Position numbers and translations under genes: made by a program
The notes under the pieces: generated by a model
Told to the model about the DNA's origin: nothing
Seen by the model: the letters and a program-made list of their open reading frames with translations, nothing else
Databases searched by the model: none
From: an uncultured Rhodospirillaceae bacterium
GTDB lineage: Bacteria; Pseudomonadota; Alphaproteobacteria; MPNO01; UBA2964
Length of the DNA: 44,975 nt
Reading direction: 5' to 3'
Assembly (NCBI GenBank): GCA_964477025.1
Contig: CAYZDH010000001.1
Location: 1 to 44,975 of the forward strand
In this document: piece after piece, positions 38,284 to 44,975 of the stretch
Layout of the letters: every line of letters begins with the position of its first letter
How positions within the stretch are numbered: the first letter of the stretch is position 1

Positions 38284-39204
38284 ATGCCTAACCTCAAGGA
38301 TCTCAGGGTCCGGATTGATAGCGTCAAGTCGACGCAGAAGATAACCTCCGCCATGAAGATGGTCGCGGCAGCAAAGCTACGTCGCGCGCAGGAGCAAGCT
38401 GAAGCTGCACGTCCATATTCTGAACGTATGGACCGGATGTTGTCCTCCCTCTACGACGGACTACCAGCAGGGACTGGTGGCCCGGAACTTCTCGCTGGTA
38501 AAGGCAGGGACGACATTCATTTAATCGTTGTTATGACTTCTGATCGCGGACTTTGCGGGGGGTTCAATTCGTCAATTGTTCGAGGCGCTTTGAAGATTAT
38601 TCATCGTCTCCTCGATGATGGTAAGGAGGTCAAGGTTTTATGCGTTGGCCGTAAGGGTCGAGATATTTTGCGGCGCGATTTTCGTTCATTAATTTTGGAC
38701 ACGTTTGAGGATGTCGGTCGAAAGGCATTATCTTTTGCTGACGCAAGGATGGTTGGTGATCGGATTCTCAGTATGTTTGCAAGCGGGGAATTCGACGTTT
38801 GCACAATAATTTACAATCGCTTCCAATCTGCGATGACCCAGATTGTCACACCCCAACAACTTATCCCATTTCAGGCTAGCCGAGAGACCCATGCGAACGA
38901 CGCTGATGAGATAGATCCGTCGGAGGTTGAACGAGACGACGCAGAAAAAGCAGTTTACGAGTTTGAACCAGACGAGCAGGAAATTCTTGAAGATTTGTTG
39001 CCCCGTAATTTATCTATTCAACTATTTCGTGCTTTGCTAGAAAACGCAGCGTCTGAACAGGGCGCAAGGATGACAGCGATGGATAATGCTACACGCAATG
39101 CGGGCGAAATGATTGATGACCTGACGGTTACATATAATCGAACGCGCCAGGCATTTATTACTAAGGAGCTTATTGAGATTATCTCCGGCGCTGAAGCGTT
39201 GTAA
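38284..39204 (+). CDS. atpG: F1 ATP synthase gamma subunit
   Basis: N-terminal [33 protein letters not shown] and C-terminal [15 protein letters not shown]. Confidence 0.96.
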   Translation: MPNLKDLRVRIDSVKSTQKITSAMKMVAAAKLRRAQEQAEAARPYSERMDRMLSSLYDGLPAGTGGPELLAGKGRDDIHLIVVMTSDRGLCGGFNSSIVRGALKIIHRLLDDGKEVKVLCVGRKGRDILRRDFRSLILDTFEDVGRKALSFADARMVGDRILSMFASGEFDVCTIIYNRFQSAMTQIVTPQQLIPFQASRETHANDADEIDPSEVERDDAEKAVYEFEPDEQEILEDLLPRNLSIQLFRALLENAASEQGARMTAMDNATRNAGEMIDDLTVTYNRTRQAFITKELIEIISGAEAL

Positions 39205-40662
<1,458 letters not shown>

Positions 40663-40696
40663 TAGGACCTTAGTGCTAAAGAGGAAATAACTGGAC

Positions 40697-41110
40697 ATGG
40701 CAAAAACCGCAGAATTCGAGCTTGTTGCGCCCGAAGAGCTTCTCTTGTCTGAGTTAGTAGAACTTGTAGTAGTGCCGGGCGCTGAGGGTGATTTTGGTGT
40801 TTTGCCGGGCCACTCACCTCTTATTTCAACCTTACGGACCGGGGTTATTACGGTTTATGAAAAGGATAAAGTAAAAAAGCGTCTTTTTGTCTCCGGCGGG
40901 TTTGCAGAAGTAACTCCCGAACGTTGCACCGTCCTTGCTGATGAGGCTGTATCAATAGAGACCGCCAATCGCCGTGATGTTGAAAATCGTATTCAGGCTG
41001 GTCAAGAAGTGTTTGATGCGGCGAGTGAAGATGAGAAAGAAGACGCCGCTGAAGCCCTTAGGATTTCAAAAGCCTTATTAGCTGCATTGGATACTGCCGG
41101 GCAAGCGTAG
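40697..41110 (+). CDS. atpC: F1 ATP synthase epsilon subunit
   Basis: 137 aa with GDFGVLPGHSPLIS. It is the last gene of atpHAGDC. Confidence 0.93.
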   Translation: MAKTAEFELVAPEELLLSELVELVVVPGAEGDFGVLPGHSPLISTLRTGVITVYEKDKVKKRLFVSGGFAEVTPERCTVLADEAVSIETANRRDVENRIQAGQEVFDAASEDEKEDAAEALRISKALLAALDTAGQA

Positions 41111-41213
41111 ACGCTAATTTAACCAGTCTGCTCATATAAGTTCTAAACCATATTTAAACTGGAAAATCCCAGTGTGTTGTGGTTTTTGTTTTATAAATTC
41201 CGGGAAGACACTG

Positions 41214-42527
41214 ATGAAAAAGCCCTTAGCTAGGTTTCTTAAACTTGTTTTAATTGCAGTCATGGGTATATCGGCCCCAAGTGCAGCGCTTGCGCAGGAT
41301 GCCGTGAAGTTTAGCGGTGCTGACACGGCTTGGATTATGACAGCGACGGCGCTTGTCCTTTTTATGACGCTGCCCGGCCTAGCCTTGTTTTACGGTGGTC
41401 TCGTCCGGTCCCGCAATTTCCTATCGGTCTTGATGCATTGCCTCGTAATTTGTTGCGCAAGCTCAGTCGTTTGGCTGGCGGTTGGCTACACTCTCGCTTT
41501 CAGTGATGGTGGGGCGGCAAACCAATTTATTGGTGGTCTTGATAAGTCTTTTCTCTTTGGCGTTGGGCTAGATACCCTGAATGGTACGATTCCAGAAGTT
41601 GTGTTTTTCATGTTTCAAATGACGTTCGCCATAATTACACCCGCACTAATTGTTGGTGCTTATCCTGAACGTATAACGTTTTTGGGAATGCTGCTATTTA
41701 GCGTGTTTTGGTTGTTGCTGGTCTATGTTCCGGTGACTCACTGGATCTGGGGTGGTGGTTGGCTTGCCGATTTGGGCGTTATGGATTTTGCAGGTGGGTT
41801 AGTGGTTCATTTAACGGCTGGTATTTCGGCGCTTGTGATAGCTGTTATGGTTGGGAGCCGTAGGGGGTTTCCGCGAGAGGTAAATCCGCCACATAGCCCC
41901 GGAATGGTGATGATTGGCGCATCAATGCTATGGGTCGGCTGGTTCGGGTTCAACGGTGGGAGCGCGCTTGGTGCCAATGGCGGTGCGGGGATGGCGATCA
42001 CGGTGACGCATATATCAGCTGCTGTTGCCTCTTTAACCTGGATGATGATCGAGTGGATTAAACACGGAAAACCCAGCCTTATCGGCTTTGTCACAGGGAC
42101 TATAGCGGGACTAGCTACAATTACTCCCGCTTCTGGGTTTGTTGGCCCAATGGGCGCCGTAATTCTTGGCATTGCCGGTGGGCTAATTTGCTATTGTATG
42201 GTTAATGTCATTAAACATCGTTTCCAAATTGACGACTCATTGGATGTCTTTGCTGTTCATGGTATCGGTGGTCTCACCGGCACTATTCTTGTCGCTTTCC
42301 TTGCGCTGCCTACCTTTGACGGATTGGGTTTAGGTAAAGGCATTACAGCAAGTCACCAGCTTTGGGTTCAATTTGTCGGTGCGGCAGCGACCGCAGCTTG
42401 GGCGATAATTGCGAGTATTTTCATCATTTGGATAGTCCGTCTAATAACGCCGATGCGGGTTAGTGAGGAGGATGAGACCGAGGGCCTTGATATCACGTCG
42501 CATGGCGAGCGCGGCTACAATTTATAG
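41214..42527 (+). CDS. amtB: Ammonium transporter AmtB with an N-terminal signal peptide
   Basis: The start at 41214 (MKKPLARFLKLV...ALAQD) fits a signal peptide. DFAGG and VHGIGG motifs and multiple TM helices are present. Confidence 0.93.
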   Translation: MKKPLARFLKLVLIAVMGISAPSAALAQDAVKFSGADTAWIMTATALVLFMTLPGLALFYGGLVRSRNFLSVLMHCLVICCASSVVWLAVGYTLAFSDGGAANQFIGGLDKSFLFGVGLDTLNGTIPEVVFFMFQMTFAIITPALIVGAYPERITFLGMLLFSVFWLLLVYVPVTHWIWGGGWLADLGVMDFAGGLVVHLTAGISALVIAVMVGSRRGFPREVNPPHSPGMVMIGASMLWVGWFGFNGGSALGANGGAGMAITVTHISAAVASLTWMMIEWIKHGKPSLIGFVTGTIAGLATITPASGFVGPMGAVILGIAGGLICYCMVNVIKHRFQIDDSLDVFAVHGIGGLTGTILVAFLALPTFDGLGLGKGITASHQLWVQFVGAAATAAWAIIASIFIIWIVRLITPMRVSEEDETEGLDITSHGERGYNL

Positions 42528-42536
42528 GGGTATTCT

Positions 42537-42875
42537 ATGAAACTCATAATGGCTGTTATTAAACCGTCTAGACTCGATGATGTTCGCAGTTCTTTGTCCC
42601 CGCTCGGGGTCACTGGTATGACAGTCAGCGAAGTGAAAGGCTTTGGCCGACAGGGCGGTCATACTGAGATTTACAGGGGGGCTGAATATGAAATTCAATT
42701 TGTTCCTAAGATTAAAATCGAAGTTGCTGTGGCGGATGACGTAGCAGAAAATATTGTCCTGGCAATCCAGGAAAGTGCCAATACTGGCAAGATAGGTGAT
42801 GGCAAAATCTTTGTATTTGATATTTGCGAAGCAATTCGTATCCGAACCGGTGAGACGGACACCGACGCTCTATAG
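42537..42875 (+). CDS. glnK: Nitrogen regulatory protein P-II (GlnK type)
   Basis: 112 aa with MKLIMAVIKP, a T-loop GFGRQGGHTEIYRGAEY containing Tyr51, and adjacency to amtB. Confidence 0.93.
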   Translation: MKLIMAVIKPSRLDDVRSSLSPLGVTGMTVSEVKGFGRQGGHTEIYRGAEYEIQFVPKIKIEVAVADDVAENIVLAIQESANTGKIGDGKIFVFDICEAIRIRTGETDTDAL

Positions 42876-42886
42876 AAAAGGCGTGG

Positions 42887-43375
42887 TTATATTTTCTTCA
42901 TGAGGAGTTTGTCTCGGATGGGGGTGAATTGGCAGACGGCATAGTCGTATACCGATCTTTTAAAGGGGACGATTAGGCTTGGTATATCCTCGAGGGAAAC
43001 CCATTTCCATGCCCGGAATTCCGGTTGAGAGGTGTTCAGATTGATTTCACTGTCTCTGCCGGTAAATTTTAGCGCAACCAGTGTGACGCGCTGGCCGACC
43101 CACTTGGTGCGGCGTTGGCCTACTAAATTTTTTGGCCAATCGTACGAAATTGGTTCATCGGCTATTGATATGATTTTGACGGCAGAGGTTCCGATTTCTT
43201 CCTCCAATTCGCGTAATGCACCATCTTCAATGGTTTCCCCTTGATCGACACCACCCTGTGGAAGTTGCCAGGCGGCATTGGTCATATCGTTACGTTCTGC
43301 GACTAGTACTTGGCCATACTTGTTGAAAAGAACCATTGCCGCGCATTGACGATAGTCAATTTTGCAATCGGACAT
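42887..43375 (-). CDS. rppH: NUDIX hydrolase, RNA pyrophosphohydrolase type
   Basis: Nudix box GGVDQGETIEDGALRELEEEIG. 162 aa. Confidence 0.82.
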   Translation of the reverse strand: MSDCKIDYRQCAAMVLFNKYGQVLVAERNDMTNAAWQLPQGGVDQGETIEDGALRELEEEIGTSAVKIISIADEPISYDWPKNLVGQRRTKWVGQRVTLVALKFTGRDSEINLNTSQPEFRAWKWVSLEDIPSLIVPFKRSVYDYAVCQFTPIRDKLLMKKI

Positions 43376-44657
43376 TAAATAGTGAAATCCCCCGAATAAG
43401 ATCTAGCGCCCGCTCTAGCTGATAATCAAATGGTTTTTCAATTTTCTTGGCAATGCTGGAATCTTTCTTTTTAGGGGCGTCTTTTGACGGATAGATATTG
43501 TTTTCGGGTGTGTTGGGATTTTCAAGGGCCCCTCTTAAGTCAGCTTCTCGCCTGGGCTTGCCTTTATTGACTTTTTCGAGGCGAGCCTGTTTTACTTCGA
43601 TATCCGGTTTAATGCCTTTCGCCTGAATCGAACGACCGGAAGGGGTATAATAGTGTGCGGTGGTTAAGCGTATTGCACCTTGGCCAGACAGGGGAATGAT
43701 CGTCTGAACCGAGCCCTTGCCAAAAGATTGAGTACCAAGAATTACAGCGCGACGATGGTCCTGTAGTGCGCCAGCAACAATTTCGGAAGCTGAAGCTGAT
43801 CCGCCGTTAATCAATAAGACCATTGGCAGGTTTTTAGCAAGATCACCTTTTTTAGCGTTGAAGCGTTGTGCATCATTTGCGCGACGTGAGCGCGTTGAAA
43901 CTATCTCTCCACGATCAAGGAACGCATCCGATACTTTGATTGCTTGATCCAAAAGGCCACCCGGATTATTCCGTAAGTCGAATACGATCCCCTTTAATTT
44001 ATCGCCCAATTTTTCTTTAATGCTTCTTATACCGTTAGCAACGCCAGCATAAGATTGTTCGGTGAAAGACGTTAAGCGTAGATAACCGATATCACCTTTG
44101 ATGCTCCACCGAGCCGACCTAACTTTAATTATTGCCCGAGTGATTGTTACGTCGAATGATTTGCGGCCTTCACGTCGGATTGTGAGTTTTATATCTGAAT
44201 TGATAAGGCCCCGCATTTTGTCTACAGCTTCGCTAAGAGTTATTCCCTGGACTGGGGTGTCATCGAGATGTGTGATGTAATCACCTGACTTCAATCCGGC
44301 ACGAAAAGCCGGTGTATCGTCGATCGGGGAGACAACTTTCACAAAACCATCTTCCATAGTGACTTCTATACCTAGACCACCAAACTCTCCTTTGGTTTGG
44401 ACCTGCATGTCCTTAAAGCTTTTGGGAGACATATAGCTTGAGTGCGGGTCTAGTGAGGAGAGCATGCCGTTGATTGCTGATTCAATCAGTTTTTCATCGC
44501 CGACTTTTTTAACGTAGTCTGTCCGTATCCGTTCGAATACGTCTCCAAATAAATCTAGTTGGCGATACGTTTCAGAATTGTTCTTCTGACCATTACCGCC
44601 AACTGGAAATAGAACCATCGTGAAGATGGCTATTATTGCCATGAAACGTGTAACCAT
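43356..44657 (-). CDS. ctpA: Carboxy-terminal processing protease (S41 family) with a PDZ domain
   Basis: 433 aa with a signal-anchor N-terminus, a PDZ region (GGLGIEV...GDYITHLDD) and the catalytic GGSASASEI. Confidence 0.92.
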   Translation of the reverse strand: MVTRFMAIIAIFTMVLFPVGGNGQKNNSETYRQLDLFGDVFERIRTDYVKKVGDEKLIESAINGMLSSLDPHSSYMSPKSFKDMQVQTKGEFGGLGIEVTMEDGFVKVVSPIDDTPAFRAGLKSGDYITHLDDTPVQGITLSEAVDKMRGLINSDIKLTIRREGRKSFDVTITRAIIKVRSARWSIKGDIGYLRLTSFTEQSYAGVANGIRSIKEKLGDKLKGIVFDLRNNPGGLLDQAIKVSDAFLDRGEIVSTRSRRANDAQRFNAKKGDLAKNLPMVLLINGGSASASEIVAGALQDHRRAVILGTQSFGKGSVQTIIPLSGQGAIRLTTAHYYTPSGRSIQAKGIKPDIEVKQARLEKVNKGKPRREADLRGALENPNTPENNIYPSKDAPKKKDSSIAKKIEKPFDYQLERALDLIRGISLFNVRLQN

Positions 44658-44975
44658 TATCCGCGTTTCCTAACTCGTTTTGCCGTTAGCCACGGCAGTG
44701 GGTTGATGGGTTGGCCTTTTCGACGTAACTCTAGATATAGTATCGTTCTATTCCGCTCAGAAAAGGGTATTATGCCAATGGGTTCCCCTGCCAGCACTTT
44801 TTCTCCTAGGGGCACGCTAATTTTTCCTAATCCTCCCAACAATAAGTGGTGTTGGCGGCCGTATTCGATAATGATTAGTTTGCCAAGTCCTCTAAATGGT
44901 CCTGCAAAAACTATCTTTCCGCTGCGGGGGGAAATGACGGTAGCACCTGGTTTTACTTCTATAGAAAGGCCCCGT
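44657..44975 (-). CDS. M23 (LytM-domain) peptidase / murein hydrolase activator, C-terminal part (5' end outside the window)
   Basis: The minus-strand frame stays open to the window end. The translation ...GKIVFAGPFRGLGKLIIIEYGRQHHLLLGGLGKISVPLGEKVLAGEPIG... is an M23 domain. Its TAA overlaps the ctpA ATG by 1 nt. Confidence 0.8.
   Translation of the reverse strand, partial: RGLSIEVKPGATVISPRSGKIVFAGPFRGLGKLIIIEYGRQHHLLLGGLGKISVPLGEKVLAGEPIGIIPFSERNRTILYLELRRKGQPINPLPWLTAKRVRKRG

Noticed and set aside
41111-41213. A sigma-54 (GG-N10-GC) or NtrC-type promoter upstream of amtB.
   Set aside because: The best candidate, TGGAAAATCCCAGTG, has TG rather than GC at the -12 position. No convincing match was found by eye.

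Overview
This 45-kb window looks like core chromosome with an alphaproteobacterial gene order. The blocks are tkt-gap-pgk, dapF-mtaB-ftsY, ffh, rpsP-rimM-trmD-rplS-leuC-leuD, leuB, asd, sdhCDAB-mdh-sucCD, DUF484-xerC, tal, priA, an F1-only atpHAGDC operon, amtB-glnK, rppH, and ctpA plus an M23 peptidase. I call about 47 tightly packed protein genes, many with ATGA or TGATG start/stop overlaps. I could not recognise any tRNA, rRNA, CRISPR array, IS element or phage gene. Most of the window is ordinary housekeeping, and several ORF-track starts were trimmed to internal starts that have a ribosome-binding site.

Four things stand out:
1) dapF is intact except for one in-frame TGA that sits exactly on the second catalytic cysteine. 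A hairpin follows it and the frame stays open to a stop 4 nt before mtaB. This is a candidate selenocysteine-containing DapF; the alternatives are a nonsense mutation, readthrough or a sequencing error.
2) A 5.3-kb redox island lies between pgk and ftsY. It holds a protein with a diiron-type motif pair, an SdhA-like flavoprotein missing part of the succinate site and translationally coupled to a one-cluster mini-SdhB, and an orphan molybdenum-hydroxylase large subunit with no CoxS/CoxM-type partners. These may form one unconventional Mo/FeS/FAD system.
3) leuC carries an in-frame TAA just upstream of its CxxC Fe-S ligands.
4) Smaller oddities include a metallophosphatase-fold protein with degenerate metal motifs, a perfect 81-bp tandem duplication in the rpsP tail, low-complexity tails on L19, Mdh and Asd, tandem TauD paralogues where sucAB usually sits, phased DnaA-box-like 9-mers upstream of sdhC, and amtB placed before glnK.

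All functional calls come from motif and sequence recognition by eye. No database search was run.
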